61,310 nucleotides of DNA, from assembly GCA_001938485.1 (NCBI GenBank), contig MQRK01236597.1, forward strand, positions 1 through 61,310. Direction: 5' to 3'. Below, one piece after another: positions 49,905 through 61,310 of the stretch (the stretch's first letter is position 1; every line of letters starts with the position of its first letter). This stretch comes from Girardia tigrina (lineage: Eukaryota). Position numbers and translations under genes: made by a program. Below the pieces are notes generated by a model that saw only the letters and a program-made list of their open reading frames with translations, searched no databases and was not told where the DNA came from.

Positions 49905-52900
49905 TTACATATAAAAGATCTTAAATATTAAGTTGATGCAAAGGAAATGTCGTTTTTAATGTATTTAATATTCATTGTTTGAAATATTTAGAAAATCATT
50001 AATAAATAGATTCTTATTTAAATATACTTTAAAGCTTAAACTTTACTCTATATTTTGATACTAAATATGACATTATTGTTGCTAATTTAAGGTATATTTA
50101 TTTTATTTTAGAAATGTTAGAAAAAAAAGAAATGAGAACGATTTCTAAATGAGAAAATTCTACGATTTCAAACTAGGTCGAAAAGCGATAGAAACGGCTC
50201 GGAATATTAACAATGTATTTGGACAACATACCACTAATTTACGAACAGCACAACGTTGGTTTTTAAGTTTTGTAGTGGCAACGAGAGTCTTGAAGACAAA
50301 GAACACGTTAGTCGACCATCACAAGTTGACGACGATCATTTGAAGAAGTTAATCAATGCTGACCCACATAAAAATTCACGGGAAGTCGCTCAGGAACTCA
50401 GCGTTTACCATTCAACAGTTTTTTGCCATCTGAAGAAAATCGGGAAAGTGAAAAAGCTGGACAAGTGGGTATCGCACGAATTAAACGAAAACAAAAAAAA
50501 TCGTCGTTTTAACGTGTGTTCTTCTCTGCTTTTGCGTAATCAAAGTGACCCGTTTCTGGATCGAATTGTAACATGCGATAAAAAATGGATCATATACGAC
50601 AATTGGCGACGTTCAGTTCAGTGGTTGCATTTCAATGAGGCTCCAAAACCTTACTCGAAGCCAAAATTACACCAAAAAAGTCATGGTAACTGTTTGGTGA
50701 CCCGCACACGGTTTAATCCATTACAGCTTCCTAAAACAAGGTGAAACAATTACAGCGGAAAAGTATTGTCAGTAAATTGACAAAATGCACCAAGAACCAC
50801 AAAAAAACGGCCGGCATTACTCAATAGAAAAGGGACAATTCTTCTGTATGACAACGCTCGTCCACATGTTGCAAGAAAGGCCATGCTAAAGTTAAACAAA
50901 CGGGGATATGAAACTTTACCTCATCCAACGTACTCAAGAGACCTTTCTCTTATCGACTATCACCTTTTCAAACATTTCAGCCAGTTCCACCGCGAAATAT
51001 GCTTCAAAAACCAAGGAGATGCTGAAAGAGTCTTGGACGTCTTCATCGCCCCCAGAACTCCAGAATTTTATGAAACTGGAACAAAAAAACTTGTTACCCG
51101 TTGGCAACAGTGTGTTAAATGTAATGGTTTTTATTTTGACTAATAAAGTTATTTCTAAAGAAAGTTATGTTCATTTAAAGTTGACAATTAAAAAAAACGA
51201 CATTTCTTTTGCATCAACCTAATATTTTTACGAAATTCTCCTAAAATAACGGTAAAAGATACATCGATATTTGTTTAAATATTCAAATCGAAATTGCGTG
51301 ATTTTTAAATAATAAATTATTAATCGCATGTCGGACTTTACGTACGATGCGGATCTGACCATTACTTCTCAGTGCTAATTGCATGGGTCAGAAAGAGAAA
51401 TAGACCCAGAAGAAAAACTTGGAAGAAACGGAATGGAGAGAAGATACCTGACAGAATCTTTTTAGGGTCCCATAAGGCTAAGATCCAAGAATCACTAAAA
51501 GCTACAAGCCGAAATATGGAATCCTGCTGGACTAGTATTACAGATGGTATTATAGCAGCGGCATGTAGTTGTGGAAAACCAAGCAGACGAATTCCACTCA
51601 GTCAGAGATGGTTACAAGACCATCAGAATGAACTGATGAAACTTCTACTGGAAAAATGAGATAAAAGAAAGAATTTTGTCAACAACAGGAATTATACGAC
51701 ACATTACGAATGGAAGGAAGCTCGTAAGTAAGTACTCAGAAATATTCGACTGTGGAAACGTAACAAAGTAGATACCATTGGGCAGAACATCTCGCAGATC
51801 TTATGCAATGAACAAAATGGCTGACTGAAAGATCTCTTCCAGGAAATGAGACTGCTGTGTAATCCAGTCACGAAGGAATACACATTATGTACGACCAAAG
51901 CGATAGTGTCAGATATGGAATTAACTAATCACTTCTCCAAATTGTTCGACAGTAACAATTGGGATGAAAGAAAGGGAATTCAATACTATCGGAGCACTAA
52001 ATGATCCTCCAAACATCGAAGAGGTCGGTCTAGCTATTAGCAAAATAAATAACGGCACAGCAACGAACACGGACGGGATTATCCCGGAGTTTTTCAAATG
52101 GGGAGGTACTGAATTATGGTGGAAAATACAGGAATGTTTCCATAGAATCTGGAGTGGATTAGAGAATTTCCCAAAGTCGTGGAGTGAGCGAAGGTTATAA
52201 TTCTGTACAAAGAAAAATGATCTAGAAAGAACCTCAACAACTATAGAGGTATCTTCCTACTAGAAGTTGGTAGCAAAATACTAGCCAGGCTCATTGTGAA
52301 AAGAATCCTTTCAATACTTGAAAACAACCTGAGTGACAGGCAGTTCGGTTTCCGACCAGGGAGAGGCATCGGTCATGCAATAGGAATACTCAGAAAATTG
52401 CAAGAATCGGCACGACATGGTGATAATGACATATTCGTCCTTTTCATAGACCTAGAAAAGGCGTTGACAGTGTACCTAGAAGAATTCTGTTGGTAGCACC
52501 GGAAAAGTTGGGAATCAATGGGAGGATTTTGGAACTGATCAAACTATTCCACATTGACTTTGAAGGCTCTATTGGTGAGAATACGTTTACGATGAAGAAA
52601 GAAGTACGGCAAACGTGTGTTTTGGGTCCTATTTCATTCAATATCCTATTTGATAGGGCACTAAAAATATCAGCAGACCATGGAATGAAGGGTGGAGCAC
52701 GACACTTATACGAAGGCGAGACAACTGAGCTGATTTTTTTTGGCTTACGCTGACGATCTCTGTCTCATCGATCCTGTCTACAACAATCTGGTCAAGAATC
52801 TAGATATCTTAAATAGTGTTTTGACTAAAATGAGTCTCAAAATCAATGTCTCAAAAACTAAGATTATGAATCTAAATGGACAAAGGATACATAAAGCCAC

Positions 52901-55900
52901 AAAAGTCATTGACGTACAAATAGAATGGATAAATGATTTCAACTATTTAGGTTTCCAGTTTACCACAAAAGGTACTTGTAAGCACGACATCATGGAAAGG
53001 GTAAAGAAAGGAAGAACAATGCTAAGGGAACTCGGTCCGGTAATCAAAATAATATGCTTTCCCTAAGAAGCAAAAAGTCACTGATTGAAAGCTATGTATT
53101 TCCTATCGTATACTTTGGCTCGGACAACTGGTGTTCAAACGAGAACCTCATCAGAAAACTTGAAGTCCTACGTAACGCGTGCACAAGAACAGCACGTAAT
53201 GTAGATAAGAAAGATCATATCAGAATTTACTCGATCAGTATCGGATTAGATAATCCAATGAGCATCGTTGCTAAGAGACGCCTTTTTTTCCACGTCCCCT
53301 TGGCAACAGGAGAAGGTCAGTTATGTGTGCAAAGAATTCTGAAAAGCACAATGAAATGCAATAGAAAGAAATCGGGAAGAAGCAAACAGAAACTTGAAGA
53401 ACACCTACGGATCGATGCGGAATGGCTGTTCGGATAGACCGCCTCTGTTGACTGTGTTATCAGCCTGTTAGCACATGGCACTGAACTCCGAATGCGAGAC
53501 AGGCTCGATGATTTAATCCTCAACAGGAGTATCGTAGGCAGGAAGACCGAAGATATTCCGAAACTGATCAAACCGAGAATAAAATGGTTTAATGTCACTA
53601 CGAACTTTGCGAGAAGGCATTTGCAGAACAAAAGGAGCTTAATAGACATGTCAAAATGGATCATGAAACGGCACCGGACAAGCAGAAACCTTATCCATGT
53701 CAGTACTGCTCCAGAAGCTATACATCAATACACTACAAGACTGATCACACGGAAGAAGCAAATCAATCCAATCAAATCCAAAAGAAGCGTCAAAGAAGAA
53801 AAGCAGGTGGCTGTTGTGATGGCGATTTGTGTGGGGGGGGCGTAAAATTGATCGGCGATACCAGGAAGAAGGAAGTTAATCCAACAATTACAAGCTGTAT
53901 TCAGGTACGGACCATCGATACGAATGTTTCAACGAATCTCTCGGAAACGATCTCCTTAGAAGTGTTAAATTTCCATTTAACGGATTTATCTGAAAAAGGG
54001 AAATTCAACTGTCCCTTCGCTGGCTGTTCAAAGTCCGCAGAAACGGCCAAAGGAATGCAAAATCATGGAACATCCGAACATAGTTGGTCGTTTTTTACTG
54101 GGGTCCGAAAAGACATCGTAAACGGAAAGCTTAAAACCTCGTAGGAGGCCTATCGGGAGGCTACTAGTGCTTTTTAGTTAGGGTGAACCCTCTAAAGAGC
54201 CTACAGCTCAATACCATTGAAAGAGATGGGAGGCCCACTTACGATGAGTATCCTTAAATTTCTTGTGTTTTACGTTGTATAAGAACCAGGGTATCAATGG
54301 CACATCATGATTTTACGTGAATCTCGATTCAGAAATTACATAAGATTATGTTTTTGATTTACTATTTCTATTCTTTTTTAAAATAAAAATTCCAAGATAT
54401 GTAGAACATCAAGTTCTTTTTCACTTACCTCCATTATAAATACGAAAGAAATAGAAGATCACAAAGTATTGGTGAAGCTTTCTCCGACGATACTTAGTCT
54501 TGTGGGTTGTTACTTCCTATTATACATAACCTTTGTATAGAACTATATATATTGCTTGGGGTTTCAAATTGAAAATTAATCTTTTTTAAATAAGGATTAC
54601 TAGAAACAAAATGATGTTCATTAACTTTAACGGATTTGCCGCTAACATTGACTTATTAATTTCCTATTTAATATTACCAGGAGAAAAAAACTGGAAATAT
54701 AAATAAAATGTATTTAAGTGTCCTAGAATTTAGATCTGATGCTTTTTGTTTTTCAAGAGAAAATATGTTTATTGGACAGTTTTTTTCTTTCATACTCTGC
54801 TACTGTTCAGAAATAGAGGGTCGGTTTGGACTGAATATTTGCGACTTTAGTAACTTTGTATATATATATTTGAATTTAGAAGAAAAGTTAAATTTTACTT
54901 TTCAAATTTGAAAAGTTTGAAAAGTAAAATTTAATAATAATTTAAAATGTTGTTTTGCTTTGTTGAGTGAGATTTTCTCTGTGATTTTGAAATTCGAGCG
55001 GCAACTTCGCAATTACATAAAATAAATTCTTAGAGTGATTGAATTTTTATGTAACTAGATAATATGAAAAACGCGAAATATCACCTTCTAAAATAATGTG
55101 GAATAAAAACTGGTGTTGTGAAAACAATGAAGAGTATAAAAAATAGTGGCACTGGCGGCTCGCTGATCTTGTGTCCGAGATACGGGCGATTTTTATAATA
55201 ATACCGATTAGTCGCACTTTGAGAGCCGAAGCGTCAACAGAGAAACAGAAAAAGTGATGTCAGGGCGTCCGGGTGTCGTTGTAAAGGAGAACGTAAAACA
55301 TTCTTCTTTTGAACTATAAATCATGGTTGTGAAGCAATAATGCTAATCAGCACTGGCATTCGGAGGGAGCCGAGAAAACCAGCTCTAATCAGGTACAGTT
55401 TTTGAATAAAAGGGAATCCTAAAGGCTTAAAAAATCTCTGATAAAATTGAAATTAATAAGTCATTTGATACTGAAGTATCACTTGACATGAACTGGTCAA
55501 GATCAGTAAATCATACCAGGTTTAATTGTATCTAACTTATACTCTTACAATTTAATAAACTTGATATTTTAATTATAACATTTTCCTATATAAACATGTA
55601 AATAAGAATATGTCTGAAAAATCCTTTTTATTCTTCAAATATAAATAAAATAATAAATACAAAGAGAAACTTTATCTCATACAGACTCCCTACCTAAACC
55701 ACCGTTATGGATTATATAAACGTTTGTTACAAAACAGTGTTCTAAAAGCGAGAATTTCGTTCTTTTATTCTTAACGTTTAATCTTAGAAGAAACACAATG
55801 CCCACTACCAAAATTTTAACCCATATGTTCCCACGTTGTTGGTGACACTATAAAGTACAAATATCAGCGATAAGAATATGAAGATTGTTTTGAAATTCAG

Positions 55901-58900
55901 TTTTGGCTAATGATTATTGTATATACACAATTTATATATCTAATATGTTTTTCTCTAAACGATTTCAGGTTCAAGTTGGGCTTAATCAGAGTCAACTCGG
56001 AAATCAGAAATCTGAAACAATCAGAATCATTTCAAAAACATTCAGAATTCCTTTGGAAAATTCACGTTCATTTTGGAAATACACAGAAACATTTCGGAAA
56101 CAGTGAAAATAATTTCGCTATTTATCAAAAGTATTTTGGGAATATAAAATTTTTAATTTTAAAAATTTATTAAAATTTAATTTCAACAATTTCCATTTCT
56201 TAATTTCAAAATAATAACGAATATTATCGAGGTTTAAAACACCTCGCAGCAATCCTTGACCCCTAGCATTACATTTGTTACAAACATTTGAATAAATTTT
56301 AGTAAGTGAATTTCGTACAATGTTTTCTAAATTATACAATCGATAATCAATCTTACTTAAATCTGATTCATTTTAATCTTGCAGGATATTAAGTAATTGC
56401 CAATTGCCGTTTTACCGATGCCTTTAAATTTGGACAAGCTGAATCAATAGGGTTAATCATTGGACTGTATGAAGCAAATCTAAGAATTTTATTCATATGA
56501 AATTATTCTTCCAAAATTGGACAATGATGAAGTGCATTGTCAATAACCAAAACAATTGGTTCTTGATATAGTGATTCTGTCTTTCTTAAACCTTATGTTT
56601 GATTTAAAAGGGGGGACGATGATAATTCCAGTCATTACGGTGGAAACGATCCTAATCACATCTTCAAATTCTTTCAATATCAATTGAAATTAAATAAATT
56701 AAAAAAATCATCAACCGAACAAAATCAAAAATGCAATGGAAAATCTTTCTCTCGATTTCGATTCGATTTTCACATTTTAATTACTGTTTTTTATTAAATT
56801 AAATGTCGACAGTTTTTCGATTTGTTTTAATCGATTATTTTCTGAAAATTGGCGCGAAAATTTTCAGAAAATTTGTATGTGGATTCTAGAAGTCACCATA
56901 TCTGTTCCTGTTTTGATAAAAAATAAAGATTTGTGTGCGTTCAAGTGTTTTTCAATGAAAATCGCCAATCGATCGTTGTGTTGTCATTCCGATAGAAATA
57001 AATTGAATTATCAATATGTTGTTAATTACTTGATCGAAGGAGATAATATCGTGGAGAAAGATTCTATTAAATTAAATGTTTGCATTTATCATGATGGTTC
57101 ATTTAAAAGATATGAAGATGAAAAATTGGTCTTGCCTTTATGTAAAAAATACAACGGCAGCATTCATTCAACGCGTATTTCCAAGTGACCTTTTAGATGA
57201 ATTAAAAAAATATCCTAACGCAATTAATACGGAAGAATGGTCAAGTATTATGATCGATAGTCGTGATGATGTGTTATTGGTGGTCTGGGCATCCGTGTTC
57301 ATCTCGACAGTGTCATGGATTGCGAGTCTGAGCTTCCCCCCGGTGAGATTATGAATTTAAGCGTCCCGTAGATCATCCCCAAATACCAACACGCTGTGCC
57401 CGCTCTTGTACCACCACCTTATCTTGTTCACTCAAAACCATCTTCTTTTGTAAATAAACCTCTCTTAATTTGATGATAAATAAGTCACTTAGTTTAAATA
57501 TTTATAAATAATTGAAAAAAAATAATTTATGCCAAAAATTTAGATTTAAATAAAGATTATTAATCATCAAATATTAAAGTTTTAATTTTATGATTTTAAT
57601 TATTTCTCTTTGTCAATAAGAAGTAAAGTATATTAAAAGATCTCAATTTTCTTGGTTTTTTTGATTTCTTACCTTAAATTATTTACTTTCTTCTTTATAA
57701 TTTCCCGTATATAATGTCGCTTCAGAAGATTATTGAAGATTAAAAATTAATTTTTTTGAATGTTTCCGACATGTTTTCGAAATGATTCGGACTATTGCCA
57801 AAATGTTTCTGGCTATTTCCAAAATGAAAATGAATTACTGTTTTCTTCTGTTGGGCGCGATCTTCATAATTGTTTTTTTCTCTAGCTTTACCCTTCATCA
57901 ATCCATTTTTCACCTATTTTTATTTTCTTCTGTATTTACCTCATCTTTTGTACGTTTAGTAGGTCATTTGTTAAATTATTTATCAAATTTTTATTCAATT
58001 TTTAATCCTTTATTAATAGTGCATCCAATACAGGTATACCGAATACCGGTATACCGGAATACCGGACATTTAAATAATACCGAAATACCGGTATTGGTGT
58101 CATAAAATACCGATTTTTTGGTATTAGAAGTAAGAAATTAAAAGAATATTAAGTTTTAATATTTTTTGAGTATAGTAAGCTTTTCAAAAAATTGCAATAA
58201 AATTAATAAAAACACAATATAATTAAAATTTTGGTTTTAATAAGCTTTTCTTACTCCATCGCCAAAATTGATTCTTCGTCGACTCGGCGGTCTTCGTTTT
58301 TTCTAGATATTCTTTATTTGTGTCTTCCAGTTCGTCCAGTTTCCGTGTCTGCACCTATGCTTATGTTGAAGTCCTCTGAATATTGAAAAAATCTTCCGTC
58401 TTTACGCTTTCTTTTAGAGAGCTCCTAGATTTCATCCTTCACTATACCACGACTGTACTCATCCACATATCGACTTGGTCTTTTATCTGTTGTTGATATT
58501 CTCGGCCTTCTCTCGTTTAAGGATGACTATCTTTGTTCCCACTTTTCTCCATTCGATCATCCATTCGTTCCCTCATGTTTTTAGTTATTGTTTCTCAGTT
58601 TTGTGTAACATTCCTCTACTCTGTGATCTGGTTTTCATTGCATCTTTGACATTGCACTTAGCTTTCGTGTCAGATATGGTTCTTTTTCAACACATCAAAG
58701 CATGTGACATTTTGCTTCTTCTGGCATTAGGTCCTCCCATGACGCACTTTGTAACAATTCCAACCGGTTTTCTGTTTTTTATTCTGCCTATTCTCCATCT
58801 ATGCTTAACGATTTTTCTGTGTATCACATAGTACAGCATTGAAGTAAAATGGTCTCACCTCCCTGACCTGCCCCATTTATACTTTGAATTCGTCCATCTT

Positions 58901-60542
58901 TTTGATAATTGTCTTGATATATTCCTTTTCTTTATCATCACTCATTTTTGTTTTTTTTTGTTTCCTCATTGTTATTTCTATTTATTAATAAGTATTTATC
59001 CACCTCTTTTGCTATTTACTAAAACCTGTATTATCATCTCGGTCATTTTCATAGTTTTGGCGAAACATTCTGCAGTCGTCTCCGCTGTTCTTCGGACATC
59101 TCCCGCTTCTCTGAGTACTTCCATTCGATATTTTTTTATTTTGTAAAGCCTACCAAAATCTACTCCCATATCCTTTTTCTATCGGTCTTATTTTCTCTTA
59201 CACTGGATTTAACTCCTGCAAAGGCAACGCCAATACCAACGTCTCCTTTAAGCTTTCTGGTACTCACTCTATTTTGAAATATATATTAAAACTCGTAAAA
59301 ATATTTCTATATCATAATCCAGTTTGCAATGTTCGGGGATTAATCCGGATATCAGATGATCCGAGTTCATGGCAAAGGCCTTGGATGAAAGAGGCCCATC
59401 ACCCGGGAGAGAAAACAAATCCTCCATAAAAAATTTTTTTTGAAACACAAAAATTCATTTTTTTTCCTTTTCCATCAAATATTAAAATAATAACAATTAT
59501 TAACAATTATTATTATTTTTTGGCAAATAATTTTTTGTAATTTTTATCGAACCAGAAAAATTTATAATATTGATATTTAATTTTAATTTATTTTTGTGAA
59601 ATTTAGTTTCAGAAAAATTCTTATCGAATATTTTATCTCTTTTTCTGATTCTAAATTCCACCTATCTTTAATAAAAAATTTCAATGACCTTTAATTTTCG
59701 ATTTTAAAAATTTTATATTTCTATATTTTTACTTTCTTCAAAAATTTTCCATTCAGTTCTGTAGTTCCTAACAAATATATTTATTTCCTTATTTACACAA
59801 ATGTAGAATAAAAGTTGACCTGATGGTGAGATTTAAAATGACTTGAAAATAGTGGGCCTTTACACAGCACCTCAAAAAAATTTAGTGAATAGGTTAGTCA
59901 GGGATGAAATATATTTATTTTAAACTATATTAGTGTACTCCAAGGAAATAAAATGGCTCATTAAACATAAAACATAATACAGGGTACCCAGTAAAAAACC
60001 AAAGGATTTTATGAAACCAAAATGTATTTAACTAAACACGTGATAAAGACAAACAAATTCTCAAGGTCAGAGTTTTCTGGATTCAATGCCATCGAAAGTG
60101 TTGCAACAATGACAGAGGGCATTTTAAACATATCTGAACAGCAAGCTTATTTATGTAAATATAATTGTTTGACTTTATCACGTGTTTAATTAAATACACT
60201 TTGGTTTCATAAAATACTTTAGTTTTCTACTGGGCGCCTTGAAGTTAAAACAGTAATCCAAACTTACTCCAGGTAAATATTCAAGGAATAAATAAAGATT
60301 ATTCGACGCTTTTAATGCTCCAAAGTGTTCGACAATACTGTAATGATTCAGGAAACGTTTATATTCGTTTATATCTTGTTCAATACACGTTGCATCTTTA
60401 TCTTCTATTTCTTGTGATCCTCTTATTTCGATCTCTTTTATTGCAAATTGAAAATTTATTTCAGAATATTTGGTTTTGTATACTTTACCAAATCCTCCAC
60501 ATCCAATTAAACTGTCGGGTTCAGATATTGTGGGTAGGATAT
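45277..60542 (-). CDS. Ser/Thr kinase, STE11-family MAP3K (MEKK2/3-like), 5'-partial
   Basis: Exons 60542-60268 (LIGCGGFGKVY, FAIKEI, LYLFLEYLPG), 49667-49538 (GSLKGLI...QIAEGIVFLHDNKIIHRDIK), 49491-49276 (PENMLL...DFGLSR...GTANYMAPEV...ADIWSVGVTIVEM) and 45476-45277 (GHPPYHDLSQNAVIFKIG...RPSAHVL*). All introns are GT-AG with consistent phases. Confidence 0.88.
45860..46330 (+). mobile_element. MULE transposase C-terminal remnant
   Basis: EIWNQYKAAADGVARTINSVEKWYYGLQALFQCRHPTL matches W......RTNN..E.WH....HP. Confidence 0.65.
47400..47570 (-). mobile_element. Penelope-like GIY-YIG fragment
   Basis: DATYIGETVYCHLYKRIQ on the minus strand. Confidence 0.55.
47973..49246 (-). mobile_element. 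Internally deleted hAT (Ac/ZBED-like) element with 8-bp TSD
   Basis: GTATTTAT is duplicated at 47965-47972 and 49247-49254. The TIRs are TAGGCATGTA / TGGGGATGTA with ACCGG subterminal repeats. The ORF reads DIQPIQILENEGF...PRYKIPSRKYF, SFTVDIWT, YMSLTAHW, HDNAPN, CFAHSLQLVI and then runs into the terminus. Confidence 0.92.
49928..51222 (+). mobile_element. Full-length decayed mariner, cecropia subfamily (Hsmar1-like)
   Basis: TA|TTAAGTTGATGCAAAGGAAATGTCG ... CGACATTTCTTTTGCATCAACCTAA|TA, 1295 bp. The transposase carries FKLGRKAIETARNINNVFG and HLKKIGKVKKLDKWVSHELNENKKNRRF...FLDRIVTCD, with frameshifts. Confidence 0.94.
51330..54270 (+). mobile_element. RTE-like LINE, 5'-truncated, frameshifted, with C-terminal C2H2 fingers
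   Basis: GSDH (end of APE), NNYRGIFLL, QFGFRPGRG, FIDLEKA, VRQTCVLGP and YADD, followed by YPCQYCSRSY...H and FNCPFAGCSKS...NH...EH. Confidence 0.9.
56200..56580 (-). mobile_element. IS630/Tc1-type (DDE_3) transposase C-terminal remnant
   Basis: PIVLVIDNALHH...ILRFASYSPMINPIDSA matches DNA..H / YSP.LNPIE. Confidence 0.65.
58240..59270 (-). mobile_element. Possible decayed gag region with zinc-knuckle remnants
   Basis: Purine-rich minus strand with WNCYKVRH..*C, VTCFD...NHI and QCQRC in tandem. Heavily broken. Confidence 0.35.
59980..60241. mobile_element. MITE with ~75-bp TIRs
   Basis: TA|CAGGGTACCCAGTAAAAAACCAAAGGATTTTATGAAACCAAA...CACGTGATAAAG and its inverted copy at the right end. Confidence 0.78.
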
Positions 60543-61310
60543 CTAAAAAAAAGAAAAAAAATATTAAAGAAGTTTATTTTTATGTAACAATTGATGTTAT
60601 GTCTTTAAAATGAGTTTTATATTCAATATATCTTAATGTAATTTTTACGTGTTTTTGTGTATGAAAAATAAAAAAGAAAAAAATTCTTTTCCTCAAAAAA
60701 ATTATTGAATTCAAAAAATTGACAAAATTTTGTTTATTAAAACAAAATTGTCGATTGAATTTTTGATTGCGGTTTTTGTTTAACATTTATTTTAGACCCC
60801 CGGTTGCGAGGATTAACAAGATGGGGGACATAAAAAATACTAATTAGATTTAAAAAATATAAGGATAAAAGAACTCGTGTTATATTAGAAATACAAAAGA
60901 AGAATGTTGTAATATGTTGTACGATTGAATTAGTTTAAAGTAGATTTAAAAACTGACTCAGTACTTGAAAAACCGCTTGTCAGAAGTTGTTGGCCAAACC
61001 GCCTCCTGAACTTCAATAGAATCCCTAAATCAGCAGAAGACTGAAAGAATCCATAAAAGATCAAGGACTTTGAATGTCACCAGAAAACTTAACTTGATCA
61101 TTGGAGAAGTCAGCATATATTTAAAGGAAAGATGTTTTTCAAAATATATCTATGTAAACAAAGGTAATATTTAATTTAATTTACAAATGAAATTGTGAGG
61201 GATAATTTGGAATGTTGTAAGTTTGTTGTTTTTATGCTGTTTAGATTTGTGACTCTCCTACTCAGATGGGATTGATATGTTATTTGATTAATTATTTGAA
61301 TCTAATGAAA

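Noticed and set aside
53656-54144. Host C2H2 zinc-finger gene
   Set aside because: Contiguous with the RT of the RTE-like LINE and intronless. C-terminal fingers are known in such elements.
54429-55400. Possible extra kinase exons or membrane-protein exons (donor GAG|GTAAG near 54428; GC-richer block 55140-55400)
   Set aside because: The kinase frame joins 60268 to 49667 without them, the ...FIME frame has an upstream stop, and no homology was recognisable.
60950-61130. Candidate upstream kinase exon
   Set aside because: The obvious splice sites give the wrong phase for the 60542 acceptor and there is no recognisable domain.

Overview
AT-rich animal genomic DNA with GT-AG introns that are either about 40-85 nt or several kb and filled with transposons. 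A planarian-type flatworm is my inference only. I reconstructed two host genes by hand. The first is a complete 12-exon TBL3/UTP13 (+, 8029-24772, ~864 aa). The second is the catalytic exons of a MEKK2/3-like STE11-family MAP3K (-, 45277-60542, 5' end not found). A weaker multi-exon CUB-like gene lies at ~2755-3620 (-). Most of the rest is mobile-element debris: six mariners, a DD35E Tc1, hAT and MULE remnants, MITEs, three Penelope pieces (one with a hammerhead ribozyme), RTE and RLE-type LINEs, and a family of TGTGAGG-ended LTRs. The most unusual item is a decayed CsRn1-clade Ty3/Gypsy element (26889-31474, -). Its Gag has an in-frame N-terminal ubiquitin-like domain and a duplicated CHCC knuckle, and a U_UUA_AAC -1 frameshift site leads into pol. 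All family assignments come from recalled motifs; no database searches were run.
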